Source: Malacoraja senta
Lineage: Eukaryota
Reading direction: 5' to 3'
DNA: 64,000 bases
Assembly (NCBI GenBank): GCA_038087875.1
Contig: JAXLNO010000363.1
Coordinates: forward strand, 1-64,000
Part shown: positions 21,550-35,853 of the stretch, in pieces
Layout: every line of letters begins with the position of its first letter
Position numbering within the stretch: the first letter of the stretch is position 1
Position numbers and translations under genes: made by a program
Notes under the pieces: generated by a model
What the model saw: the letters and a program-made list of their open reading frames with translations, nothing else
Databases searched by the model: none
Told to the model about the DNA's origin: nothing

Positions 21550-23755
21550 CTGTGGGAGGAAAACCAGTGGTCACCTGTGTATCAATGGAGAGGGTGGGGG
21601 GAGAGAGTGGGGGGAGAGCGGGGAGAGAGAGAGAAGGGGAGGGGGAAAGGGGGAGAGAGGGGAGAGGGGAGAGAGAGGGAGAGGGAGGAGAGGGGGGGAA
21701 GATGGGGAGAGAGGGGGGAAAGAGGGGAGAGAGGGAGAGGGAAAGAGGGGGAAAGAGAGGGGGAGAGAGAGGGGAAGATGGGAGAGAGGGGGGAGAGAGA
21801 AGGGAGAGAGAGGGGGGGAAACAGGGAGAAGGGAGGGGGAGAGAGGGAGTGAGAGAAGGGGGAGAGAGAGAGGGGAGAGGGAGGAGAGAGGGGGGAAATA
21901 TGGGGAGAGAAGGGGGGAGAGATGGGGAGCGAAGGGGAGAGAGAGAGGGAGAGTGAGAGAAGGGGAAAGAGAGGGGGAGAGAGGAGAGATAGAGGGTTGA
22001 GATAGAGAGAGGGGGAGAGAGAGAGGGGGAAAGATGGGGAGAGAAGGGGGAGAGGAGAGGGGGGAAGATGGGGAGAGAGAGGGGGGGAGAGGAGAGAGGG
22101 GGAAAGATGGGGAGACAGTGGGGGGAGTGAGAGGGGAGAGGCAGAGAGAGAGAGAAAGGGAGAGAGAAGGGGGAAAGAGAGAGGAGAGAGGGGTGGAATA
22201 AGAGGGGAGAGAGAGGGGATTAGAGGGAGGAGTGGCCTCTGTTATAAACTGGCATCGATCCAGGTTTGTGTTTTAAACAGATGGATTTTCACCGAGTCCA
22301 ATCTGTCGCAGCGAGTTCCCATAAAATACTTCACCTGGAGTATTGTGTACAGTTTTTGTCTCCTAATTTGAGGAAGGACATCCTTGTGATTGAGGCAGTG
22401 CAGCGTAGGTTCACCAGATTGATCCCTGGGATGGCGGGACTGTCATATGAGGAAAGAATGAAAAGACTGGGCTTGTTTCACTGGCGTTTAGACGGATGGT
22501 GGGGGGGGGGATCTTATAGAAACATATAAAATTATAAAAGGACTGGACAAGCTAGATGCAGGAAAAATGTTCCCAATGTTGGGCGAGTCCAGAACCAGGG
22601 GCCACGCAGTCTTAGAATAAAGGGGAGGCTATTTAAGACTGAGGCTGAGAAAAAACCTTTTTTCACCCAGAGAGTTGTGAATCTGTGGCCATTTGTGACT
22701 GAGATGAGGAGGAAACTTTTCCACCCAGAGAGTTGTGAATTTGTGGAATTCCCTGCTGCCACAGAGGGCAGTGGAGGCCAAGTCACTGGATGATTTAAGA
22801 GAGAGTTAGATAGAGCTCTAGGGGCTGGTGGAGTCAAGGGATATGGGGAGAAGGCAGGCATGGGTTATTGATTGGGGACGATCAGCCATGATCACAATGA
22901 ATGGCGGTGCTGGCTGGAAGGGCCGAATGGCCTCCTCCTGCACCTATTGTCTATGTTTCTATGACTGTAGACTCCTACCTCACCAGGGACTAACGTTACT
23001 GAACCATTTTACTGTGGTGTCTTTTTAAAATTGCTGTTTTTCCCTTTTGTTCCCCTCCCACAAATATGTAATATGTGAATATTCTGTTTGTAGTTTGTCT
23101 GTTTGTCTTTTGCACAATTCCCGCGAGCATCGACACTTTTAATTTCACTGCCCACCTCGTATGTGTGTGGGTGACCAATAGACTGGACCTAGAATTTAGC
23201 TGGAATTTAGAAGATTGAGGGGGGATCTTATAGAAACTTACAAGATTCTTAAGGGGTTGACAGGTTAAATGCAGGAAGATTGTTCCTGATGTTGGGGAAG
23301 TCCAGGACAAGGGGTCACACAGTTTAAGGATAAGGGGGAAGTCTTTTAGGACCGAGATTTTTCACACAGAGAGTGGTGAATCTGTGGAATTCTCTGCCAC
23401 AGAAGGTAGTTGAGGCCAGTTCATTGGCTATATTTAAGAGGGAGTTAGATGTGGCCCTTGTGGGTAAAGGGATCAGGGGGTATGGAGAGAAGGCAGGTAC
23501 GGGATACTGAGTTGGATGATCAGCCATGATCATATTGAATGGCGGTGCAGGCTCGAAGGCCGAATGGCCTCTACTCCTGCACCTATTGTCTATGTTTCTA
23601 TGTTTCTATGACCTGACTTGACTTGCCGAGCTTTACGTGGCCACTGTTTGGATAACTTTGGTATCGAAAGCAAAGTGTCACCCTGACTCGATTTCTTGGA
23701 AAATACATCCCCTTTATCGGATTCAGGACGGGTGGGGCAGAGACAGAGAGGGAGG

Positions 23756-23797
<42 letters not shown>

Positions 23798-24088
23798 AGA
23801 GAGGAGAGAGAGGGGGGAGAGGGGATGAGAAGGGGAAGGGAGAAGGGGAGAGAGGAGAGGGAGAGAAAGCATTTTGGCCTTTTTTCCTCACTTTTTGGTG
23901 ACAAATCTTCCACTTTTCAATTGTCTACAGATCTCAAGAATACGCAGGCAGACAGGCAATGAACGGAGAATTCCGGTGTGGTGAGTGAATACACACAGTC
24001 ACACACACGCACACACACACACACAGTCCTAAACAGGGTGGGGAATGTGTGCAGGCAGAGAGAGAGAGAGAGAGAGAGGCAGGCTCCC

Positions 24089-24141
<53 letters not shown>

Positions 24142-25180
24142 ACACACACACACACCCTGAGCCTAGTGACCAGGGACTTTGATATGCCCCTTGAACTCCA
24201 GGGCCAAACCAGTCTGTCTGTCCCACAGAGCTTTTCCAATTTGACCAAATCTCACAGCAAAACCCGTTTTGAAGTCCAATAGCCATTAAGCCCATACATA
24301 ACATGCATTTCCCTCACCCAACGATACAACAATTCAATTTCATCGTGTTCACAGCCGACTCGAAGGGGAAGTCGACTTGGAAACATTTACCCTGATGAAC
24401 AGAAGCCACACACAAGGCTCAACCGCCCCATCCAATTAACACTTAGCAGAGTCACACTCTGCAACATTACTTTCAACCTATTTACAAGGTGAATGTCCAG
24501 GTTTTTACACACATCCATTCCACTCTATGCATTTGACAGTATTTGCAAGGCTTCCCATTCTCTGCATGCAAATTGCATCTAAGTTCCAGATTCCCAGGCA
24601 TCTCTCGGAGTCTGTCTGTCTGTCTGTCTCTCTGTCCCAGAGAGCTTTTCCCATTTGACCAAATCTCACAGCAAACCCCGTTTTGAAGTCCAAACACTCT
24701 TCTCCTCCTCTCCTCCTCCTCAGACGGACAAAGGTTGTGCAGGTGGACTGAAGGTGTGGTGAGTGAGAGAGAGAGAGAGAGTAGAGAGAGGGTAGAGAGA
24801 GGCTACAGTGGTAGCCGGGGAGGTGAAATATCCCAATATCTATCCAAAAAGATATCTATTATATTATTGTAATATATATTAATCAAAGATTGATTGATTG
24901 ATTGATAGATAGATAGATAGATAGAGATGGAGAAATACTGCTCAAAACAGGAGAGAGTGTGTGTGTGTGAGAGAGGGAGGGAGGGAGGGAGAAAGGGGAG
25001 AGAATTGAGATTTGAACATTGTTCAGCTTTTCTCCACACATCACGCAGCAAAGTCTCTCTGACCTGGATCCTAGAGAGAGAGAGAGAGAGAGAGGGGGGC
25101 AATGAAGGGGGTAAAACATACTGTGCTGAGTTGAGCAAAGTTTAATACTTACAGGGGATGAAAGTACAAATTGGCAGAGG

Positions 25181-25220
<40 letters not shown>

Positions 25221-25361
25221 ATTTTGACCTTTTTTCCTCACTTTTTGGTGACAAATATTCCACTTTTTAATTGTCTACAGGTCTCAAGAATACGATCCCG
25301 GATCTCGCAGGCAGACAGGCAATGAACGGAGAATTCCGGTGTGGTGAGTGAATACACACAG

Positions 25362-25404
<43 letters not shown>

Positions 25405-25465
25405 CCTAAACAGGGTGGGGAATGTGTGCAGGCAGAGAGAGAGAGAGAGAGAGAGGCAGGCTCCC

Positions 25466-25506
<41 letters not shown>

Positions 25507-26128
25507 ACACACACACACACCCTGAGCCTAGTGACCAGGGACTTTGATATGCCCCTTGAACTCGAGGGCCGAACCAGCCTGTCTGTCTGTCTGTCCCACA
25601 GAGCTTTTCCAATTTGACCAAATCTCACAGCAAAACCCGTTTTGAAGTCCAATAGCCATTAAGCCCATACATAACATGCATTTCCCTCACCCAATGAAAC
25701 AACAATTCAATTTCATCGTATTCACAGCCGACTCGAAGGGGAAGTCGACTTGGAAACATTTACCCTGATGAACAGAGCCCACACACAAGGCTCAACCGCC
25801 CCATCCAATTAACACTTAGCAGAGTCACACTCTGCAACATTACTTTCAACCTATTTACAAGGTGAATGTCCAGGTTTTTTGCACACATCCAATCCACTCT
25901 ATGCATTTGACAGTATTTGCAAGGCTTCCCATTCTCTGCATGCAAATTGCATCTAAGTTCCAGATTCCCAGGCATGTCTCGGAGCCTGTCTGTCTGTCTG
26001 TCTGTCCCAGAGAGCTTTTCCCATTTGACCAAATCTCACAGCAAACCCCGTTTTGAAGTCCAAACACTCTTCTACTCCTCCTCCTCCTCAGACGGATAAA
26101 GGTTGTGCAGGTGGACTGAAGGTGTGGT

Positions 26129-26166
<38 letters not shown>

Positions 26167-26844
26167 AGAGGGTAGAGAGAGGCTACAGTGGTAGCCGGGG
26201 AGGTCTTATGGGGTTGGACAGGCTAGATGCAGGAAGATTGTTCCCGATGTTGGGGAAGTCCAGGACAAGGGGTCACAGCTTAAGGATAAGGGGGAAATCC
26301 TTTAAGACCGAGATGAGGAAAAACATTTTCACACAGAGAGTGGTGAATCTGTGGAACTCTCTGCCACAGAGGGTAGTTGAGGCCAGTTCATTGGCTATAT
26401 TTAAGAGGGAGTTAGATGTGGCCCTTGTGGCTAAAGGGATCAGGGGGTATGGAGAGAAGGCAGGGACGGGATACTGAGTTGGATGATCAGCCATGATCAC
26501 AATGAATGGCGGTGCAGGCTCGAAGGGCCGAATGGCCTACTCCTGCACCTGTTGTCTATGTATCTCTGTATCTATGTAAACTAGTGTGTGAACGGGTGAT
26601 AAAAAGGGAATAGGTGAAGCAGGGAGAGAAAGGCGAGAGTTTGGGGCCTGTTTCAAGATGGCCGACTTTTCCCTCCTGTTTCTGTGTTGTATCTCTGAAC
26701 TAAACTAAACTAGTGTGTGAACGGGCGATCGCTGGTCGGCTAGCACGGACCCGGTGGGCCGAAGGGCCTGTTTCCGCGCTGTATCTCTAAACTAAACTAT
26801 AACCGCTGTTCCTTGTGACGGCCAGTTTAAACGTCATGCCTCAC

Positions 26845-29800
26845 CTGCACAAACAAGTCGGAGAGGTGCTTCTTGTCCGCCAACTTCTCAAACACTTTCC
26901 CCATCTCCTGGATCATGTGAGAGCCCTTATTTGGGTCCCGATATGCCACATAACCTGAAGAAGGATCAAGATCAACTTCAGGAAGCAAAACAATGCACAC
27001 ACATCGTAGAGTCACAGAGTGATACAGTGTGGAAACAGGCCCTTCCTTCAGCCCAACTTGCCCACACCGCCCAACATGCCCCATCTACACTAGTCACAGA
27101 GTGATACAGTGTGGAAACAGGCCCTTCCTTCAGCCCAACTTGCCCACACCGCCCAACATGCCCCATCTACACTAGTCACAGAGTGATACAGTGTGGAAAC
27201 AGGCCCTTCCTTCAGCCCAACTTGCCCACACCGCCCAACATGCCCCATCTACACTAGTCACAGAGTGATACAGTGTGGAAACAGGCCCTTCCTTCAGCCC
27301 AACTTGCCCACACCGCCCAACATGCCCCATCTACACTAGTCACAGAGTGATACAGTGTGGAAACAGGCCCTTCCTTCAGCCCAACTTGCCCACACCGCTC
27401 AACATGCCCCATCTACACTAGTCACAGAGTGGTACAGTGTGGAAACAGGCCCTTCCTTCAGCCCAACTTGCCCACACCGCCCAACATGCCCCATCTACAC
27501 TAGTTATAGAGTGATACAGTGTGGAAACAGGCCCTTCAGCCCACCCCGACCAACATGCCCCATTTACACTAGTCACAGAGTGATACAGTGTGGAAACAGG
27601 CCCTTCCTTCAGCCCAACTTGCCCACACCGCCCAACATGTCCCATCTACACTAGTCCCACCTGCCTGCGCTTGGTCCATATCCCTCCAAACCTGTCCTAT
27701 CCATGTACCTGTCTATCTGTTTCTTAAATGTTGGGATAGTCCCAGCCTCAACTACCTCCTCCGGCAGCTCGTTCCATACAGCCACCGCCCACCTGTGTGG
27801 GAAAAGTTACCCCTCAGATTCCCATTAAATCTTTTCCCCTTCACCTTGAACCCGTGTCCTCTGGTCCTCGATTCCTCTACTCTGGGCAAGAGACTCTGTG
27901 CGTCTATTCGATCGATTCCTCTCATGATTTTATACACCTATCTCCGGTGTCCTCCCACACTCCAAAAACGTGCAGGTTTGTAGGTTAATTAGCTTGGTTT
28001 CGGTGTAAATTGTCCATAGTGGGTCCTCTTGTTATGAAGGCCAACATGCCATTGTCTTTCTTCACTGCCTGCTGTACCTGCATGCTTACTTTCATAGACT
28101 GATGAACAAGGACCCCCAGATCCCGTTGTAATTCCCCTTTTCCCAACTTGACGCCATTGGTCAGGGTGGGGTGAGGGGGGGGTTAGAGTTTAAAGCGTGG
28201 AGGGCTACATGTTTTTATGGGCCTGTCGTGGAGGTGAGGTGGCACAGGCCCTTCCTTCAGCCCAACTTGCCCACACCGACCAACATGCCCCATCTACACT
28301 AGTCCCACCTGCCTGCGCTTGGCCCATATCCCTCCAAACCCGTCCTATCCATGTACCTGTCTAACGTTGGGATAGTCCCAGCCTCAACTACCTCCTCTGG
28401 CAGCTCGTTCCATACACCTAGCACCCTCTGTGTGGGAAAAGTCACCCCTCAAATCGCTGTTAAATCTTTCCCCCTTCACCTTGAACCCGTGTCCTCTGGT
28501 CCTCGATTCCCCTACTCTGGGCAAGAGACTCTGTGCGTCTACCCGATCTATTCCCCTCATGATTTTATACATCTCTATAAGATCCATCACATTGTGGGAC
28601 GTGGGGATATGGACCAAACGCAGGCAGGTGGGACTAGTGTAGATGGGACATGTTGGCCGGTGTGGGCAAGTTGGGCTGAAGGACCTGTTTCCGTGACTCT
28701 GGGACTGGTGTAGATGGGGCATGTTGGGCTAGTGTGGGCAAGTTGGGCCGAAGGGCCTGTTTCCGTGACTCTGGGACTAGTGTAGATGGGACATGTTGGT
28801 CGGTGTGGGCAAGTTGGGCCGAAGGAAGGGCCTGTTTCCACACTGTATCACTCTGTGACTAGTGTAGATGGGGCATGTTGGGCGGTGTGGGCAAGTTGGG
28901 CCAAAGGAAGGGCCTGTTTCGAACTGCGTAACTCTGTGATTCTAAATAAATGTGAGATGATTAAGCAGGAATGGGGAACTCGCCTTTCCAGACGGATCGA
29001 TGTGCTCAGTCACTTGGAAGTTTAATTTGCTCAGGCAATTCCAGAGAGTTTTTCTATCAATGTCAGCTCCGCTCCTACCGTTTGCAATGCAGAGAATTAA
29101 GGCCTTTCTCAGTCGCGACATATCATACTCTCCCTCCTGTTCCAGAGACCAAGATTTTCACACAGTCAGTACAGACGTCCAGGGCAGGGAGACAATAGAC
29201 ATAGACAATAGGTGCAGGAGTAGAGGCCATTCGGCCCTTCGAGCAAGCACCGCCATTCACTGCGATCATGGCTGATCGTCCCCAATCAATAACCCGTGCC
29301 TGCCTTCTCCCCATATCCCTTGATTCCACTAGCCCCTAGAGCTAAATCTAACTCTATCCTACACACACACTAGGGACAATTTACATTGATGCCAAGCCAA
29401 TTAACCTGGAATAGAGACCCAGCCTACTCAACCTCTCCCTGTAGCTCACACCCTCTAGTCCCGGCAACATCCTCGTGAATCTTCTCTGCGCCCTTTCCAG
29501 CTCGACGACATCGTTCCTGTAACACGGTGCCCAGAACTGAACACAATACTCTAAATGTGGTCTCACCAACGTCTTGTACAACTGCAACGTGACCTCCCAA
29601 CTTCTAGACTCAATACTCTGGCTGATGAAAGGCCAAAGTGCCAAAAGCCTTGTTGACCACCTTGTCTACCTGCGACTCGACCTTCAAGGAACCATGCACC
29701 TGTACTCCTAGATCCCTCTGCTCTACAACACTACCCAGAGGCCGACCATTCACTGTGTAGGTCCTGCCCTTAGATGTCCCAAAATACAACACCTCACACA

Positions 29801-30561
29801 CATAACAAGAGGAGTCGAGTACAGGAGCAAAGAGGTCCTTCTGCAGTTGTACAGGGCCCTAATGAGACCACACCTGGAGTATTGTGTACAGTTTTGGTCC
29901 CCTAATTTGAGGAAGGACATTCTTGCTATTGAGGGAGCCCAGCGTAGGTTCACCAGGTTAATTCACGGGATGGCGGGACTGTCATATGCTGAGAGAATGG
30001 AGCGGCTGGGCTTGTACACTCTGAAGTTTAGAAGGATGAGAGGGTATCTCATTGAAACATATAAGATTATTAAGGGTTTGGACACGCTAGAGGCAGGAAA
30101 CATGTTCCCGATGTTGGGGGAGTCCTGAACCAGGGGCCACACACAGGTTAAGAATAAGGGGTCGGCCATTTAGAACGGAGACGAGGAAACACTTTTTCTC
30201 ACAGAGAGTGGTGAGTCTGTGGGATTCTCTGCCTCAGAGGGCGGTGGAGGCCGGTTCTCTGGATGCTTTCAAGAGAGAGCTAGATAGGGCTCTTAAAGAT
30301 AGCGGAGTCAGGGGATATGGGGAGAAGGCAGGAACGGGGTACTGATTGGGGATGATCAGCCATGATCACATTGAATGGTGGTGCTGGCTCGATGGGCCGA
30401 ATGGCCTCTACTCCTGCACCTATTGTCTATTGTCTATTAAATTCCATCGACCGTTCCGTGCTGCCTTACCTGGTCTTGTACCCCTGGGGCAGGTGTGGAG
30501 GGGGGGGTGGGAGCCTCATTGTCCAAGGTGGGGGCTCCAGGTATAGGTATGCTGTCTACAC
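26845..30561 (-). pseudogene. Caspase-14-like partial gene, copy 4
   Basis: Exons 30561-30470 (92 nt, intact), 29136-28984 (153 nt, GC donor), 26954-26845. Confidence 0.85.
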
Positions 30562-32761
30562 CTGTGGGAGGAAAACCAGTGGTCACCTGTGTATCAATGG
30601 AGAGGGTGGGGGGAGAGAGTGGGGGGAGAGCGGGGAGAGAGAGAGAAGGGGGAGGGGGAAAGGGGAAGAGAGGGGAGAGGGGAGAGAGAGGGAGAGGGAT
30701 GAGAGGGGGGGAAGATGGGGAGAGAGGGGGGAAAGAGGGGAGAGAGGGAGAGGGAAAGAGGGGGAAAGAGAGGGGGAGAGAGAGGGGGAAGATGGGGAGA
30801 GAGGGGGGAGAGAGAAGGGAGAGAGAGGGGGGGAAACAGGGAGAAGGGAGGGGGAGAGAGGGAGTGAGAGAAGGGGGAGAGAGAGAGGGGAGAGGGAGGA
30901 GAGAGGGGGGAAATATGGGGAGAGAAGGGGGGAGAGATGGGGAGCGAAGGGGAGAGAGAGAGGGAGAGTGAGAGAAGGGGAAAGAGAGGGGGAGAGAGGA
31001 GAGATAGAGGGTTGAGATAGAGAGAGGGGGAGAGAGAGAGGGGGAAAGATGGGGAGAGAAGGGGGAGAGAGAGGGGGGAAGATGGGGAGAGAAGGGGGGA
31101 GAGAGAGGGGGAAAGATGGGGAGACAGTGGGGGGAGTGAGAGGGGAGAGGCAGAGAGAGAGAAAGGGAGAGAGAAGGGGGAAAGAGAGAGGAGAGAGGGG
31201 TGGAATAAGAGGGGAGAGAGAGGGGATTAGAGGGAGGGAGTGGCCTCTGTTATAAACTGGCATCGATCCAGGTTTGTGTTTAAACAGATGGATTTTTCAC
31301 CGAGTCCATCTGTCGCAGCGAGTTCCCATAAAATACTTCACCTGGAGTATTGTGTACAGTTTTGGTCTCCTAATTTGAGGAAGGACATCCTTGTGATTGA
31401 GGCAGTGCAGCGTAGGTTCACCAGATTGATCCCTGGGATGGCGGGACTGTCATATGAGGAAAGAATGAAAAGACTGGGCTTGTATTCACTGGCGTTTAGA
31501 CGGATGGGGGGGGGGGATCTTATAGAAACATATAAAATTATAAAAGGACTGGACAAGCTAGATGCAGGAAAAATGTTCCCAATGTTGGGCGAGTCCAGAA
31601 CCAGGGGCCACACAGTCTTAGAATAAAGGGGAGGCTATTTAAGACTGAGGTGAGAAAAAACTTTTTCACCCAGAGAGTTGTGAATTTGTGGCCATTTGGG
31701 ACTGAGATGAGGAGAAACTTTTCCACCCAGAGAGTTGTGAATTTGTGGAATTCCCTGCTGCCACAGAGGGCAGTGGAGGCCAAGTCACTGGATGGATTTA
31801 AGAGAGAGTTAGATAGAGCTCTAGGGGCTAGTGGAGTCAAGGGATATGGGGAGAAGGCAGGCACGGGTTATTGATAGGGGACGATCAGCCGTGATCACAA
31901 TGAATGGCGGTGCTGGCTGGAAGGGCCGAATGGCCTCCTCCTGCACCTATTGTCTATGTTTCTATGACTGTAGACTGCTACCTCACCAGGGACTAACGTT
32001 ACTGAACCATTTTACTGTGGTGTCTTTTTAAAATTGCTGTTTTTCCCTTTTGTTCCCCTCCCACAAATATGTAATATGTGAATATTCTGTTTGTAGTTTG
32101 TCTGTTTGTCTTTTGCACAATTCCCGCGAGCATCGACACTTTTAATTTCACTGCCCACCTCGTATGTGTGTGGGTGACCAATAGACTGGACCTAGAATTT
32201 AGCTGGAATTTAGAAGATTGAGGGGGGATCTTATAGAAACTTACAAGATTCTTAAGGGGTTGGACAGGTTAAATGCAGGAAGATTGTTCCTGATGTTGGG
32301 GAAGTCCAGGACAAGGGGTCACACAGTTTAAGGATAAGGGGGAAGTCTTTTAGGACCGAGATTTTTCACACAGAGAGTGGTGAATCTGTGGAATTCTCTG
32401 CCACAGAAGGTAGTTGAGGCCAGTTCATTGGCTATATTTAAGAGGGAGTTAGATGTGGCCCTTGTGGGTAAAGGGATCAGGGGGTATGGAGAGAAGGCAG
32501 GTACGGGATACTGAGTTGGATGATCAGCCATGATCATATTGAATGGCGGTGCAGGCTCGAAGGGCCGAATGGCCTCTACTCCTGCACCTATTGTCTATGT
32601 TTCTATGTTTCTATGACCTGACTTGACTTGCCGAGCTTTATGTGGCCACTGTTTGGATAACTTTGGGTATCGAAAGCAAAGTGTCACCCTGACTCGATTT
32701 CTTGGAAAATACATCCCCTTTATCGGATTCAGGACGGGTGGGGCAGAGACAGAGAGGGAGG

Positions 32762-32811
<50 letters not shown>

Positions 32812-33011
32812 GGGGGAGAGGGGATGAGAAGGGGAAGGGAGAAGGGGAGAGAGGAGAGGGAGAGAAAGCATTTTGGCCTTTTTTCCTCACTTTTTGGTGA
32901 CAAATCTTCCACTTTTCAATTGTCTACAGATCTCAAGAATACGATCCCGGATCTCGCAGGCAGACAGGCAATGAACGGAGAATTCCGGTGTGGTGAGTGA
33001 ATACACACAGT

Positions 33012-33043
<32 letters not shown>

Positions 33044-33110
33044 CACAGTCCTAAACAGGGTGGGGAATGTGTGCAGGCAGAGAGAGAGAGAGAGAGAGAG
33101 GCAGGCTCCC

Positions 33111-33165
<55 letters not shown>

Positions 33166-34198
33166 ACACACACACACACCCTGAGCCTAGTGACCAGGGA
33201 CTTTGATATGCCCCTTGAACTCCAGGGCCAAACCAGTCTGTCTGTCCCACAGAGCTTTTCCAATTTGACCAAATCTCACAGCAAAACCCGTTTTGAAGTC
33301 CAATAGCCATTAAGCCCATACATAACATGCATTTCCCTCACCCAACGATACAACAATTCAATTTCATCGTATTCACAGCCGACTCGAAGGGGAAGTCGAC
33401 TTGGAAACATTTACCCTGATGAACAGAAGCCACACACAAGGCTCAACCGCCCCATCCAATTAACACTTAGCAGAGTCACACTCTGCAACATTACTTTCAA
33501 CCTATTTACAAGGTGAATGTCCAGGTTTTTGCACACATCCATTCCACTCTATGCATTTGACAGTATTTGCAAGGCTTCCCATTCTCTGCATGCAAATTGC
33601 ATCTAAGTTCCAGATTCCCAGGCATCTCTCGGAGTCTGTCTGTCTGTCTGTCTCTCTGTCCCAGAGAGCTTTTCCCATTTGACCAAATCTCACAGCAAAC
33701 CCCGTTTTGAAGTCCAAACACTCTTCTCCTCCTCCTCCTCCTCAGACGGACAAAGGTTGTGCAGGTGGACTGAAGGTGTGGTGAGTGAGAGAGAGAGAGA
33801 GAGAGTAGAGAGAGGGTAGAGAGAGGCTACAGTGGTAGCCGGGGAGGTGAAATATCCCAATATCTATCCAAAAAGATATCTATTATATTATTGTAATATA
33901 TATTAATCAAAGATTGATTGATTGATTGATAGATAGATAGATAGAGATGGAGAAATACTGCTCAAAACAGGAGAGTGTGTGTGTGTGTGAGAGAGGGAGG
34001 GAGGGAGGGAGAAAGGGGAGAGAATTGAGATTTGAACATTGTTCAGCTTTTCTCCACACATCACGCAGCAAAGTCTCTCTGACCTGGATCCTAGAGAGAG
34101 AGAGAGAGAGAGAGAGGGGGGCAATGAAGGGGGTAAAACATACTGTGCTGAGTTGAGCAAAGTTTAATACTTACAGGGGATGAAAGTACAAATTGGCA

Positions 34199-34238
<40 letters not shown>

Positions 34239-34483
34239 ATTTTGACCTTTTTTCCTCACTTTTTGGTGACAAATATTCCACTTTTTAATTGTCTACAGGT
34301 CTCAAGAATACGATCCCGGATCTCGCAGGCAGACAGGCAATGAACGGAGAATTCCGGTGTGGTGAGTGAATACACACAGTCACACACACACACACGCACA
34401 CACACACACACACACACACAGTCCTAAACAGGGTGGGGAATGTGTGCAGGCAGAGAGAGAGAGAGAGAGAGAGGCAGGCTCCC

Positions 34484-34522
<39 letters not shown>

Positions 34523-35143
34523 ACACACACACACACCCTGAGCCTAGTGACCAGGGACTTTGATATGCCCCTTGAACTCGAGGGCCGAACCAGCCTGTCT
34601 GTCTGTCTGTCCCACAGAGCTTTTCCAATTTGACCAAATCTCACAGCAAAACCCGTTTTGAAGTCCAATAGCCATTAAGCCCATACATAACATGCATTTC
34701 CCTCACCCAACGATACAACAATTCAATTTCATCGTATTCACAGCCGACTCGAAGGGGAAGTCGACTTGGAAACATTGACCCTGATGAACAGAGCCCACAC
34801 ACAAGGCTCAACCGCCCCATCCAATTAACACTTAGCAGAGTCACACTCTGCAACATTACTTTCAACCTATTTACAAGGTGAATGTCCAGGTTTTTGCACA
34901 CATCCAATCCACTCTATGCATTTGACAGTATTTGCAAGGCTTCCCATTCTCTGCATGCAAATTGCATCTAAGTTCCAGATTCCCAGGCATGTCTCGGAGC
35001 CTGTCTGTCTGTCTGTCTGTCCCAGAGAGCTTTTCCCATTTGACCAAATCTCACAGCAAACCCCGTTTTGAAGTCCAAACACTCTTCTACTCCTCCTCCT
35101 CCTCAGACGGATAAAGGTTGTGCAGGTGGACTGAAGGTGTGGT

Positions 35144-35179
<36 letters not shown>

Positions 35180-35853
35180 AGGGTAGAGAGAGGCTACAGT
35201 GGTAGCCGGGAGGTCTTATGGGGTTGGACAGGCTAGATGCAGGAAGATTGTTCCCGATGTTGGAAGTCCAGGACAAGGGGTCACAGCTTAAGGATAAGGG
35301 GGAAATCCTTTAAGACCGAGATGAGGAAAAACATTTTCACACAGAGAGTGGTGAATCTGTGGAACTCTCTGCCACAGAGGGTAGTTGAGGCCAGTTCATT
35401 GGCTATATTTAAGAGGGAGTTAGATGTGGCCCTTGTGGCTAAAGGGATCAGGGGGTATGGAGAGAAGGCAGGGACGGGATACTGAGTTGGATGATCAGCC
35501 ATGATCACAATGAATGGCGGTGCAGGCTCGAAGGGCCGAATGGCCTACTCCTGCACCTGTTGTCTATGTATCTCTGTATCTATGTAAACTAGTGTGTGAA
35601 CGGGCGATAAAAAGGGAATAGGTGAAGCAGGGAGAGAAAGGCGAGAGTTTGGGGCCTGTTTCAAGATGGCCGACTTTTCCCTCCTGTTTCTGTGTTGTAT
35701 CTCTGAACTAAACTAAACTAGTGTGTGAACGGGCGATCGCTGGTCGGCTAGCACGGACCCGGTGGGGCCGAAGGGCCTGTTTCCGCGCTGTATCTCTAAA
35801 CTAAACTATAACCGCTGTTCCTTGTGACGGCCAGTTTAAACGTCATGCCTCAC

